A DNA stretch of 64,000 bases from Candidatus Omnitrophota bacterium (GTDB lineage: Bacteria; Omnitrophota; Gorgyraeia; Gygaellales; Profunditerraquicolaceae): assembly GCA_026387335.1 (NCBI GenBank), contig JAPLLX010000002.1, forward strand, positions 77,326 to 141,325, read 5' to 3'. Below the pieces are notes generated by a model, which had not been told where the DNA came from, ran no database searches, and saw nothing but the letters and a program-made list of their open reading frames with translations. Positions 1-9,563 of the stretch are shown piece after piece; position 1 is the stretch's first letter, and each line of letters begins with the position of its first letter. The position numbers were made by a program, and so were the translations under genes.

Positions 1-1
1 C

Positions 2-940
2 GAACAGAAAATAAGAGCAGTCCTGTTTTACTTAAGTCTGGCGGTATTTTTCTCCGGGCTCCCGCTGATTTTATCATTCTCCTTAGGTTATAAGTTTGAC
101 CCGCGCACATTTAAGTTTACTAAGACCGGGATCGTCAGTTTAAAAACTCAGCCCCAGGGAGCAGATGTTTACCTGGACGGCAGGCTCCTGGATCAGAAGA
201 CCCCGCTTACTATTAATGAACTTCTCCCCGGTTCATATAATCTTAGGGTCGAGTTAAAACATTATTATCCGTGGTCCTCTCAAATCAATGTCCAACCGCG
301 TAAAGTCATCCGCTTTGAAAAAATAATACTTTTTCCTTCCCGCCCGAATATAGAACAGCTGAATCAGGATAAAGTATCGTATTTCTGGCTGGATAAAGCA
401 GGGGGGAGGGTCTATTATTTCAATCAAAATGATAATATTCTCTATAAGTCTAATCTTAACGGAGATAGGTTTGAAGAAATAGGAAGTATCCCGGCAGAAT
501 TTTCGGCGTTACCCAGGGAATTAAAAATTTCTCCCGACAGGCAAAAGATGCTTATCTTTAACGCGCATCAGATCTGTACGCTTTATTTAAAGCCGCAAGG
601 CAATTTATCATATGTTCAGGCGCCGGTAGTTTATAATTTTCCGAAAAAACAGATCAACAATGTATTCTGGCATTCAGACAGCTATCACCTTATTTTAGCC
701 ACGGATACTAATATTGAAGCTTTGGAGATTGAATCCCGGTCTGATCCGGTTGCCCTGGTAAGCCTGAACAATAAGATGGCGGATATATTTTATGATACCG
801 ATAAAGACACGCTTTATTTTATGGACTCCCAGAAAGGCGTTGACGAAGCTATCTACGAAAACGTATATAAACTGGAATTAAATAATGAAAATAATATTCT
901 AAATGAACTCATGGGGATAAGAAAGAATGTGGAAGAATAG
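2..940 (+). CDS. PEGA-domain protein, 5' end cut by window edge
   Basis: Frame 2 is open from nt 2 and continuous with the tracked ORF 548..940. A hydrophobic stretch LSLAVFFSGLPLILSF is followed by a PEGA-type signature GADVYLDGRLLDQKTPLTINELLPGSYNLRVE. Confidence 0.6.
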   Translation, partial: EQKIRAVLFYLSLAVFFSGLPLILSFSLGYKFDPRTFKFTKTGIVSLKTQPQGADVYLDGRLLDQKTPLTINELLPGSYNLRVELKHYYPWSSQINVQPRKVIRFEKIILFPSRPNIEQLNQDKVSYFWLDKAGGRVYYFNQNDNILYKSNLNGDRFEEIGSIPAEFSALPRELKISPDRQKMLIFNAHQICTLYLKPQGNLSYVQAPVVYNFPKKQINNVFWHSDSYHLILATDTNIEALEIESRSDPVALVSLNNKMADIFYDTDKDTLYFMDSQKGVDEAIYENVYKLELNNENNILNELMGIRKNVEE

Positions 941-2420
941 GACTATAAAGAGGTGGTTAGAGGTTATTCCGGGTTTTTTATCCTGGGCAATAGTGCTGGG
1001 CCTTATTTTATTAGCCATAGTTAACCCCGTTTCCTGCGCCGTTATCATCATAGTCTTTGATTTTTATTGGATCATCCGCACGGTTTATCTGACCACCCTC
1101 TTAGCTATGGCCCACCATAAGCTTTACCGGCAAAGGGATAAAGATTGGCTAAGCGAATGCCGGAAACTTAAAGATAATAGCGCCCTGAGCAGGTTAAAGC
1201 ACCTGGTCATCTTTCCGGTGTATAAAGAGGGAGTAGATATTTTAAGGCCGTCTTTAAGGGCTATACAGGAATGCAATTATCCGAAAGATAAGCTTATTGT
1301 GGTTGTGGCTTTTGAAGAACGTAATCCCAACTCCAGAGAGAACGCCTTAAGGTTAGAATCCGAGTTTAAAGATAAATTCTTTCGCTATATCTCCACTTTT
1401 CATCCGGATGGCCTTCTGGGCGAGAGCCGGACTAAAGGCGCCAATGCCACCTGGAGCGCAAAGAAGGCCAGGGAATTATTAAAATCCGAAAATATCCGGG
1501 ACGAAGATGTGGTTGTCTCTTGCTTTGACGCGGATACCTGCGTGGAAAAAGAGTATTTTGGCTGCCTCACTTACCATTTTATGACTTCAGCCAATCCGCA
1601 TCAGGCAAGTTACCAGCCTATCCCGGTCTATAACAATAATATATGGCAGGCTCCTTCATTTGCCCGGCTGGTTGAGATAAGCTCATCATTCTGCCAGATG
1701 ATTGAAAGCATGCGCCTGGAAAAATTCGTCACCTTTTCCAGCCATAGCATGAGTTTTAAGACTTTAGTGGATATAGGTTATTGGCCCGTGGATATGGTTT
1801 CAGATGATTCAGTAATTTACTGGAAGGCCTTTCTCTTTTTTAAAGGGGCCTACCGGGTGGTGCCGTTATATATTACAGTTTCCATGGATGTGGCCTATTC
1901 CAGCAATTTCTTTAAGACGATCCAGATGCAGTATAAGCAGAAGAGAAGGTGGGCCTGGGGGGTGGAGAACTTTCCGTTTTTAGTAAACGGGTTTTTAAAT
2001 GAGAAACAAATACCTTGGGCGGTAAAAATAAGAAGGTCGTTCCATCTTCTGGAAAGCCACGTGACCTGGGCGGTTTGGGCGATTATACTGGTTTTTATCG
2101 GGCCTCTGCCGCTTATTCTGGGCGGGACATTCTTTAATCAAATGGCTATAGGCTACAATTTGCCTAAGGTAACCGGCCTGCTTTTTAATTTTACTTTCCT
2201 GGCTAGCTTGGCTTGGATAGCCCTGAGCCGTATAATTTTGCCTCCCCGGCCAAAAGAGGTCAGCTGGATGAAAAATGTAGTGATGATACTGGAATGGTTC
2301 TTGGTCCCTTTTATAATACTGATCCTGGGATCTCTTCCGGCGCTGGACGCGCAAACGCATTTATTATTGGGCAGGTATATGGAATTTAATCCTACTCATA
2401 AAAGCAAGAGGATGGTATAA
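927..2420 (+). CDS. polytopic family-2 glycosyltransferase (processive beta-glycan synthase-like)
   Basis: 497 aa. N- and C-terminal TM segments, a DxD-like FDADTC and a Q(R/Q)xRW-like motif QYKQKRRWAWG. Overlaps the upstream ORF by 14 nt. Confidence 0.65.
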   Translation: MWKNRTIKRWLEVIPGFLSWAIVLGLILLAIVNPVSCAVIIIVFDFYWIIRTVYLTTLLAMAHHKLYRQRDKDWLSECRKLKDNSALSRLKHLVIFPVYKEGVDILRPSLRAIQECNYPKDKLIVVVAFEERNPNSRENALRLESEFKDKFFRYISTFHPDGLLGESRTKGANATWSAKKARELLKSENIRDEDVVVSCFDADTCVEKEYFGCLTYHFMTSANPHQASYQPIPVYNNNIWQAPSFARLVEISSSFCQMIESMRLEKFVTFSSHSMSFKTLVDIGYWPVDMVSDDSVIYWKAFLFFKGAYRVVPLYITVSMDVAYSSNFFKTIQMQYKQKRRWAWGVENFPFLVNGFLNEKQIPWAVKIRRSFHLLESHVTWAVWAIILVFIGPLPLILGGTFFNQMAIGYNLPKVTGLLFNFTFLASLAWIALSRIILPPRPKEVSWMKNVVMILEWFLVPFIILILGSLPALDAQTHLLLGRYMEFNPTHKSKRMV

Positions 2421-2477
2421 TAATTTCCAGTCGGAAAGATCAAATATCAGGATTTTAATTTTAGGGAGGCTAGAAAT

Positions 2478-3551
2478 ATGAGCATTAAGAAATTAATGCA
2501 AGAGATGGTTGAACGTAACGCCTCGGACTTATTTTATCGGGCAGGAGGGAGCGCGCGTTTAAAAATTGACGGTAAATTGCTTTCCGTGGATGAGAAAATA
2601 CTTACCGTTGATGATGTTGTCGCGGCAGCGCAGGAATTAACCACCGCCAAGCAGCGGGAGTTTTTCAAGCATAATTTAGATGTGGATTTTGCTATTTACT
2701 TAGAGGAGCTGGGTTTGCGGTTTCGGGTCAGCATATTTATGCAGAGAAACTGGCCCTCTATTGTCATAAGAAAAGTAAATAATACAACCCAGACGTTTGA
2801 GGAGTTAAGCTTACCGGCGGATGTTTTGAATAGATTATCCATGGAAAGAGGCGGCCTGGTCCTTTTAACCGGCAGTATGGGCTCTGGCAAATCTACGACT
2901 ATTGCCAGTATGATCGACCACATTAACAATAATAGCCGAAAACATATCCTGACCATTGAGGAGCCGATAGAGTTTACTTTTAAAGATAAAGAATCGCTTA
3001 TTAATCAAAGAGAACTGGGTATTGATGTTGCATCTTATCCGGCAGCCCTGCGCTCTTTTGCTTTACAAAGTCCCGATGTTTTATTTATCAGCAATATTCG
3101 CGATATGGAGACTATGGCTAGCGCTCTTACCGCGGCCGAAACAGGAGTATTGGTATTAAGCACCCTGCATACGATTAATGCCGCCCAGACTATAGAGAGG
3201 ATCATTAATTTATTTCCCGCGCATCAGCATCAGGAGGTCAGGAACCAGCTTTCTTCTCTTTTAAAAGGCGTCATATCTTTAAGGCTTGTTCCGGCAAAGA
3301 GCGGTAAAGGCAGGATCCCGGCTTATGAGGTTATGCTGCTTACGCCTACCATTAGCCGTTTGATCCGCGAAGGAAAGATTTGGGAAATCCCCCAGTTTAT
3401 TGATGATGGGTCAATTTTTGGAATGCAGTCTTTTACGCAGTCGCTGATAAAATTAGTCCGGGAGGGCAAGGTCAGCGAAGAAGACGCTATTTATTTCGCA
3501 GATAGTAAAGATGAATTTACCTTAGCGCTAAGAGGCATAAGAAGGAACTAG
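2478..3551 (+). CDS. pilT: PilT-like type IV pilus retraction ATPase (divergent catalytic residues)
   Basis: 357 aa. Walker A GSMGSGKST, PilT-type Asp and His box regions (PDVLFISNIRDMET, AETGVLVLSTLHT). RBS GGGAGG lies upstream. Confidence 0.8.
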   Translation: MSIKKLMQEMVERNASDLFYRAGGSARLKIDGKLLSVDEKILTVDDVVAAAQELTTAKQREFFKHNLDVDFAIYLEELGLRFRVSIFMQRNWPSIVIRKVNNTTQTFEELSLPADVLNRLSMERGGLVLLTGSMGSGKSTTIASMIDHINNNSRKHILTIEEPIEFTFKDKESLINQRELGIDVASYPAALRSFALQSPDVLFISNIRDMETMASALTAAETGVLVLSTLHTINAAQTIERIINLFPAHQHQEVRNQLSSLLKGVISLRLVPAKSGKGRIPAYEVMLLTPTISRLIREGKIWEIPQFIDDGSIFGMQSFTQSLIKLVREGKVSEEDAIYFADSKDEFTLALRGIRRN

Positions 3552-3565
3552 ACAGGAGAGTTGGG

Positions 3566-4673
3566 ATGTTAGATGAGATAAAAACCAAACTTAGCCTTAT
3601 CCAGATCAGCCTGGAGCAACTAAGAGGTTATCTTTGACATTGATAACAAAAAGAAGCTTATAGCGGATTTATCGGCGAAGATGTCCGAGCCCGGATTTTG
3701 GGATGCCGGCGAGAATTCTACGAAAATAGTCCGGCAGCTCAAAATCCTTAAAAATACGGTTGAACCGTGGGACTCCGCGGGTAAAAAATTTCAGGAGTTG
3801 CAAGAACTCACCCTTCTCCTTAAACCCCAGGATAGCGAATTCTTTTCAGATCTAAACAAGTCCGCGGATTCTCTTCTGAAGGAGTTGGGAGCGTTAGAAT
3901 TTAAGACTCTTCTATCCGGAGAACTTGACCCGAACAACGCGATTTTAAGCATCAACGCCGGAGCCGGCGGGACCGAGTCTTGCGATTGGGCAGAGATGCT
4001 TTTTAGGATGTATTCCCGTTTTTGCGAGAAGAGAGGCTGGAAGGTCAAGGCTATAGATGTGCTTTATGGAGAAGAAGCCGGCATAAAGAATGTCACGGTT
4101 TTAGTTGAAGGGGATTATGCTTACGGTTATCTTAAGGAAGAGCGCGGAGTGCATAGGTTAGTGCGTATATCGCCTTTTGACGCTAATAAGCGCAGGCATA
4201 CATCTTTCGCTTCGGTAGATGTGATCCCTGAAGTCCTGGAGGATATAGACGTAAAACTGGAAGAAAAAGACTTAAGGATCGATGTTTACCGTTCCAAGGG
4301 CGCGGGAGGCCAAAGCGTAAATACTACGGATTCCGCGGTGAGGATCACGCACCTACCCAGCGGAATAGTCGCGCAATGCCAGAACGAACGCTCGCAGCAT
4401 CAGAATAAACAGACAGCGTTAAAGATCTTAAAGGCGCGCATATATGATATGGAAAGGCTTGCTCGGGAAGCAGAGATGCTCAAAAATTACGCCGGAGGGA
4501 AAAAGAAGATAGAATTCGGAAGCCAGATCCGCTCTTATGTTATGCACCCCTACAGTATGGTTAAGGACCACCGCACAGATCATGAGACCGGGGATGTTTC
4601 TAGCGTCATGGATGGGGCCCTGGATGAATTTATTGAAGCGAATTTAAAGTTGCAAAAAGGAAGAAAAAAATAA
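3566..4673 (+). CDS. prfB: peptide chain release factor 2, expressed through a programmed +1 frameshift (3566..3634 joined to 3636..4673)
   Basis: A short frame, ATG 3566 through CTT 3632-3634, runs into in-frame TGA 3635-3637. The +1 frame starting at GAC 3636 is the same frame as tracked ORF 3681..4673. RF2 motifs SPF (ISPFDA) and GGQ (GAGGQSVN) are present. Confidence 0.9.
3623..3638 (+). promoter_or_regulatory. prfB autoregulatory +1 frameshift site (SD-like GAGG, then CTT TGA C)
   Basis: The sequence AGAGGTTATCTTTGAC matches the canonical CUU UGA C slippery/stop context with an upstream SD-like element. Confidence 0.85.
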
Positions 4674-7600
4674 TGTTAAGGTATATTAAAAAATTGGCTT
4701 TAAGCAGCAAGCAGAAACAGATCAATCGCCTGGCTCCCGGAGTGAAGATATTTTTACATCCGGATATGCCGCAGCCATCAATGCATAAAATGGCCCAGAT
4801 AAGCTCTATAGTGTATGCGGTTAACGCGCTGGAAGCAAAAGTCAGCGGTTTGACCGATGAGCAGTTAAGGGCCAAGACACCGGAATTTAAGGAACATATC
4901 CAGCGGGAGGCGAAAGTCTATGAGCAGGAATTACTGGAGTTGGAAGAGGCGATGCTCTCCGTGGCTATTCCGGAAGAAAAAGAGAAATTAAAGGAAAAGC
5001 TTAAATTTACGCGCAATAATGTTTTTAAAGATATCCTCCCCGAAGCGTTCGCGATAGTCAGGGAGGCGGCCAAAAGGACAATAGGCCTGCGGCATTTTGA
5101 TTCCCAGCTCGCCGGAGGCGTAATCTTACACGAAGGCCGGATCGCGGAGATGTCTACCGGTGAAGGAAAAACTCTGGTGGCGACCCTTCCGGCGTATCTG
5201 AACGCCCTTCTGGGTAGAGGAGTGCATATAGTCACGGTAAACGATTATCTGGCCCGCCGCGACTCAGAGTGGATGGGGCCGGTCTATGAATTTTTAGGGT
5301 TAAGTGTGGGGGTCATCCAGCATGAGATGTCCGACGAGCAAAGGAAGCTGGCTTATTCCTGCGATATCACCTACGGGACAAACAATGAATTTGGCTTTGA
5401 TTACCTGCGCGACAACATGAAGTATTCACTGGAAGATCTTGTGCAGAGGCCTTTTTACTACGCCATAGTTGACGAAGTAGATTCAATATTGGTGGACGAG
5501 GCGCGCACCCCGTTGATTATCAGCGGAGCGGCTGAGGAGTCTACGGGAAAATATTTTACCGCTAAAAATATCGCCGACCAGCTAAAGGGCAGGCGGGTTA
5601 CCGAGAGGGACGAGATAGACGCTAAATACAAGGGCCTGGATTTAGGCAAGGGCTTTGATTATGTGGCGGATGAAAAAGCCCAGACCATAGCCTTGACTGA
5701 TGACGGTGAAACAAGGGCAGCCCAGCTTTGGGGGGTAGAGAGCCTGCATAATATTGAAACTATAGAATGCCGGCATCATACTATCGCCGCCCTAAGGGCC
5801 AAAGAATTTTATGAGCGCGATGTAGATTATGTAATTAAGGATGGCGAAGTCATTATTGTTGATGAATTCACCGGCCGCATGATGCCGGGGAGGCGCTGGT
5901 CAGACGGCTTACATCAGGCAGTGGAAGCCAAGGAAGGGATGAAGATAGAACGCGAGAACCAGACGTTAGCCACGGTTACCTTTCAGAATTATTTCCGGAT
6001 GTATGAAAAGCTAGCCGGAATGACCGGGACCGCTTTTACTGAAGCCAATGAGTTTAAGAATATATACCAGCTGGATGTTATAGTCATCCCGACAAATAAG
6101 CCGCTAATCCGGGCAAATTACCCTGACCGTATTTATAAAACAGAAAAAGAAAAATTTGCAGCGGTAGTTGAAGAAATCGTCGAACTTTATAATTCAGGCA
6201 GGCCGGTTTTGGTAGGCACCATCTCAATTGATAAGTCTGAGCGGCTCGCGCAGATGCTTAAACTGCGCGGGATAACCCATCAGGTGCTTAACGCCAAATA
6301 TCATGAGTTGGAAGCGCAGATTGTCGCCCAGGCCGGAAGGTTTAAGGGTGTTACTATCGCCACCAATATGGCCGGCCGGGGGACAGATATTTTATTAGGC
6401 GGTAACCCGGAATTTATGGCTAAAAATGTAGCCAAACAAAAACTTAATACTGAAGATCCTGCTTATCAGGAAGAGTATAAAAAAATATTGGATAAATATA
6501 AGCAGGAGACTGAGACTGAGCATAATAAAGTAGTGGAATTAGGCGGCCTGCATGTTTTAGGGACTGAACGGCATGAAGCGCGCAGGATTGATAATCAGTT
6601 GCGCGGCCGCTGCGGCCGTCAGGGAGACCCTGGTTCATCCAGATTTTATGTTTCTTTAGGGGATGACCTGATGCGGCTTTTTGGTTCTGACCGGCTTATC
6701 GGCATTATGGATAAGCTGGGGTTAGAAGAAGGCCAGGTCATTGAGCATCCCTGGGTCAGCCGCTCCATTGAAATTGCCCAGAGGCGGGTTGAGCAGCATA
6801 ACTTTGAAATAAGAAAGCAGCTTTTGGAATATGATAATGTAATGAATAAGCAGAGAGAGATAATTTACGGCCAGCGCCACCAGATCCTGCAGGGGATTTC
6901 TTTAAGAGAGAGAGTGTTGGAGATCGCCGAAGCCGTTGTGGATAATCTTATGAGTATCTATTTTCCGGATAATTCTTCCGGAGCTGATCCGGACTTGGAA
7001 GGTTTTGTGACCGCGCTAAATTCTAAATTCGCTTTAGTGCCCGCCGCGGAAATGCTGAATAATAATTCTAAAAACGGCCTTAGGCAAGAATTATTTAATC
7101 AGGTAATCAGCCTTTATGAAAATAAAGAAAAGGCAATCGGCTTAGATTTAATGCGGCATTTAGAGCGTATGGTATTCTTGCAGATCATTGACGCCAAATG
7201 GAAGGATCATTTATACGCTATGGATAGCCTGCGCGAAGGCATAGGGTTACGCGCTTATGGCCAACGCGATCCGTTAGTGGAGTATAAACGCGAGGCATTT
7301 GGTATGTTTAGTCAAATGGTCGCTTCCATTGAAGAGGAGTCAGTAGAGGCTATTTTCAAACTGCAACCGTCCCAGCCGCAGAGTTTTAGAGGGGCATTTA
7401 GTTCCGTGCATCAGGAGCTTTCGCATCCTGAGATTACCGGACTACAAGGCCCCCAAGAAGGAGACAGCGGCGAAGATTTTGCAGCCGCTGAAGAAGGGCC
7501 ATCCCAAAAAACAGTAAAATTATCCCACCCTAAAGTCGGACGCAATGAGCCTTGCCCTTGCGGTTCCGGCAAAAAATATAAAAAATGTTGCGGCAAATAA
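4673..7600 (+). CDS. secA: preprotein translocase ATPase SecA
   Basis: 975 aa. DEAD-like motor motifs (MSTGEGKTLV, VDEVDSILVDEARTPLIISG, TNMAGRGTDI) and a C-terminal zinc motif CPCGSGKKYKKCCG. Start overlaps the prfB stop (TAATG). Confidence 0.95.
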   Translation: MLRYIKKLALSSKQKQINRLAPGVKIFLHPDMPQPSMHKMAQISSIVYAVNALEAKVSGLTDEQLRAKTPEFKEHIQREAKVYEQELLELEEAMLSVAIPEEKEKLKEKLKFTRNNVFKDILPEAFAIVREAAKRTIGLRHFDSQLAGGVILHEGRIAEMSTGEGKTLVATLPAYLNALLGRGVHIVTVNDYLARRDSEWMGPVYEFLGLSVGVIQHEMSDEQRKLAYSCDITYGTNNEFGFDYLRDNMKYSLEDLVQRPFYYAIVDEVDSILVDEARTPLIISGAAEESTGKYFTAKNIADQLKGRRVTERDEIDAKYKGLDLGKGFDYVADEKAQTIALTDDGETRAAQLWGVESLHNIETIECRHHTIAALRAKEFYERDVDYVIKDGEVIIVDEFTGRMMPGRRWSDGLHQAVEAKEGMKIERENQTLATVTFQNYFRMYEKLAGMTGTAFTEANEFKNIYQLDVIVIPTNKPLIRANYPDRIYKTEKEKFAAVVEEIVELYNSGRPVLVGTISIDKSERLAQMLKLRGITHQVLNAKYHELEAQIVAQAGRFKGVTIATNMAGRGTDILLGGNPEFMAKNVAKQKLNTEDPAYQEEYKKILDKYKQETETEHNKVVELGGLHVLGTERHEARRIDNQLRGRCGRQGDPGSSRFYVSLGDDLMRLFGSDRLIGIMDKLGLEEGQVIEHPWVSRSIEIAQRRVEQHNFEIRKQLLEYDNVMNKQREIIYGQRHQILQGISLRERVLEIAEAVVDNLMSIYFPDNSSGADPDLEGFVTALNSKFALVPAAEMLNNNSKNGLRQELFNQVISLYENKEKAIGLDLMRHLERMVFLQIIDAKWKDHLYAMDSLREGIGLRAYGQRDPLVEYKREAFGMFSQMVASIEEESVEAIFKLQPSQPQSFRGAFSSVHQELSHPEITGLQGPQEGDSGEDFAAAEEGPSQKTVKLSHPKVGRNEPCPCGSGKKYKKCCGK

Positions 7601-9561
7601 GAAAACAATTAGCAACTGAGTTAATTTTATGTTTCTCTAGCGCGCTCCTGCTTATCCTTTCCTTTTCTTCAAGTAAGTGGTGCTGGGTATTCGCCTGGGT
7701 GTCTTTTGTGCCGTTGTTTTTTGCTCTGGAGAACAAAGGGGCTAAGCGAGCGTTTGGCCTGGCTTACTTTACGGGAATATTATTCTGGTCAGGCACAATA
7801 TATTGGTTAGCTAACGTAACTATTTTCGGCCAGATCCTTTTAATCCTGTATCTTGCGCTTTATTTTGGCCTGTTTGGTTTATTAATGACCCGGCCATTTG
7901 CCAAATGCAGCCTGTTATTTATACCCGCATTATGGGTCTTCCTTGAATATGCGCGCAGCCATCTTCTAACGGGCTTTCCCTGGGCTTTGCTGGGTTACTC
8001 GCAGTACGCGAATCTGGCGATTATCCAGATTGCCGATATCGCCGGAGTCTGGCTCGTCTCTTTCCTGGTCATGTTTGTGAATGTCGCTATTAAGGAAGCA
8101 TGGTCCAGGAGGCAGCGCAGGTATCTATTTTTTGCCGGTATTTTTTTAGCCCTCAGTCTTGCTTATGGGTCTTTAAGGTTGCCTAAGATCGAGAGCCCGG
8201 AGACATTAAGAATATCTGTTGTGCAGGGGAATATCCCGCAGGAGTTAAAATGGGAAGAGAGGGCCAGAGAATTTGTAATCAACAGGTATTTTAAGTTAAC
8301 CGGTGAGGCCAAGAAAGACGCGCCGGATTTAATCATCTGGCCTGAAGCAGCCCTGCCGGTAGTCCTGGAAGAGCAACCTCTTTATTATGAAAGATTAAGC
8401 CGGTACACAAAAACAATCGGCCGGCCGTTAATTTTTGGCGCGGTCACCAGCCGTAACGACGCTTATTATAATAGCGCGCTGCTCTTATCTAAAGAAGGCA
8501 GATTATTAAGGAGTTACGATAAGTTCCACCTTGTTCCGTTCGGTGAGTTTATTCCTTTCCGAAAGGCTTTTCCGTTCCTAGAGACAATCGCTCCCATTGG
8601 CGATATTACCAGGGGCCGGGATTATACCCTGTTTAATATCCAGCATCAGGGTTTAAGGATAAGGCATCAATTCGGGGTATTGATCTGTTTTGAAGATGTT
8701 TTTCCGGAATTAGCCAGGGAATTTGTAAACAAGGGCGCGGATTTTCTGGTCAATATTACCAATGACGCCTGGTTTGGCAAGACTACCGAAGCCTACCAGC
8801 ATCTGGCCGCTTCGGTTTTTAGGGCGGTAGAGAACAGGGTTTGCCTGGTGCGCTCGGCCAATACCGGCATCTCCGGATTTATCGACCCGCAAGGAAGAGT
8901 TGTTCCTTTAGCTGACGCGCAAGGTAATTTAATTTTTACCCCGGGCTATAAAACAGAGAATATATTTTTGCCCGCGCATGCGTCATTTTACGGTTATTAC
9001 GGAGATTTTCTGATTCCTCTATGTTTATTGCTTCTTATATATATTATACTTTTTTCTTTATATAAAAAGGCGATGCGTAAGATCCTGCTGATTTCTCTGC
9101 TTATTTTGGCTATTTATTCAGCGATAAATTATTATTTCGCCGATAAATATTATTTTCTTTGCCCTATACGTTACGATACTAGTCTTATTGTCCGTAGCGA
9201 TTCCCGGGGGGATGGTTTTTTCGGCTCCAGCCGTAATGGCAATAGGATGCATCAGGGGATTGATTTGTTTGCCCAGGTCGGCACTCCGGTTTTGGCAGCT
9301 CGTTCGGGTATAGTTACGGCGGCCAAGAGCAACCGGGGTATGGGTAAGTATGTTATCATCCGCCATAGTTTTAATCTGGTCAGTATTTACGGACACCTCT
9401 CCCAGATTTTCGTTACTAAGAATCAAATCCTGCGCCAGGGACATATTATCGGCAGCGTTGGCAAGACCGGAAACGCCAGGCATCCCGGGATACAGCCGCA
9501 CTTGCATTTTGAGGTCAAGAAAAACGGCATTCCCCAGGATCCCTTGGAGTATTTAAAATAA
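7585..9561 (+). CDS. lnt: apolipoprotein N-acyltransferase continuous in frame with a C-terminal M23 (LytM-type) metallopeptidase module
   Basis: Lnt catalytic triad contexts are IIWPEAALP, YDKFHLVPFGEFIP and VLICFED. From ATG 9073 there is no intervening stop, and the frame continues with a TM helix plus M23 motifs HQGIDL and HLHFE. Confidence 0.75.
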   Translation: MLRQIRKQLATELILCFSSALLLILSFSSSKWCWVFAWVSFVPLFFALENKGAKRAFGLAYFTGILFWSGTIYWLANVTIFGQILLILYLALYFGLFGLLMTRPFAKCSLLFIPALWVFLEYARSHLLTGFPWALLGYSQYANLAIIQIADIAGVWLVSFLVMFVNVAIKEAWSRRQRRYLFFAGIFLALSLAYGSLRLPKIESPETLRISVVQGNIPQELKWEERAREFVINRYFKLTGEAKKDAPDLIIWPEAALPVVLEEQPLYYERLSRYTKTIGRPLIFGAVTSRNDAYYNSALLLSKEGRLLRSYDKFHLVPFGEFIPFRKAFPFLETIAPIGDITRGRDYTLFNIQHQGLRIRHQFGVLICFEDVFPELAREFVNKGADFLVNITNDAWFGKTTEAYQHLAASVFRAVENRVCLVRSANTGISGFIDPQGRVVPLADAQGNLIFTPGYKTENIFLPAHASFYGYYGDFLIPLCLLLLIYIILFSLYKKAMRKILLISLLILAIYSAINYYFADKYYFLCPIRYDTSLIVRSDSRGDGFFGSSRNGNRMHQGIDLFAQVGTPVLAARSGIVTAAKSNRGMGKYVIIRHSFNLVSIYGHLSQIFVTKNQILRQGHIIGSVGKTGNARHPGIQPHLHFEVKKNGIPQDPLEYLK

Positions 9562-9563
9562 AT

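Noticed and set aside
4733-4810. N-terminal insertion of roughly 25 aa in SecA (APGVKIFLHPDMPQPSMHKMAQISS), or an alternative downstream start at MHKMAQ
   Set aside because: The first 20 residues (MLRYIKKLALSSKQKQINRL) match the conserved SecA N-terminus, so the upstream start is kept. A short lineage-specific loop is not remarkable enough to report.
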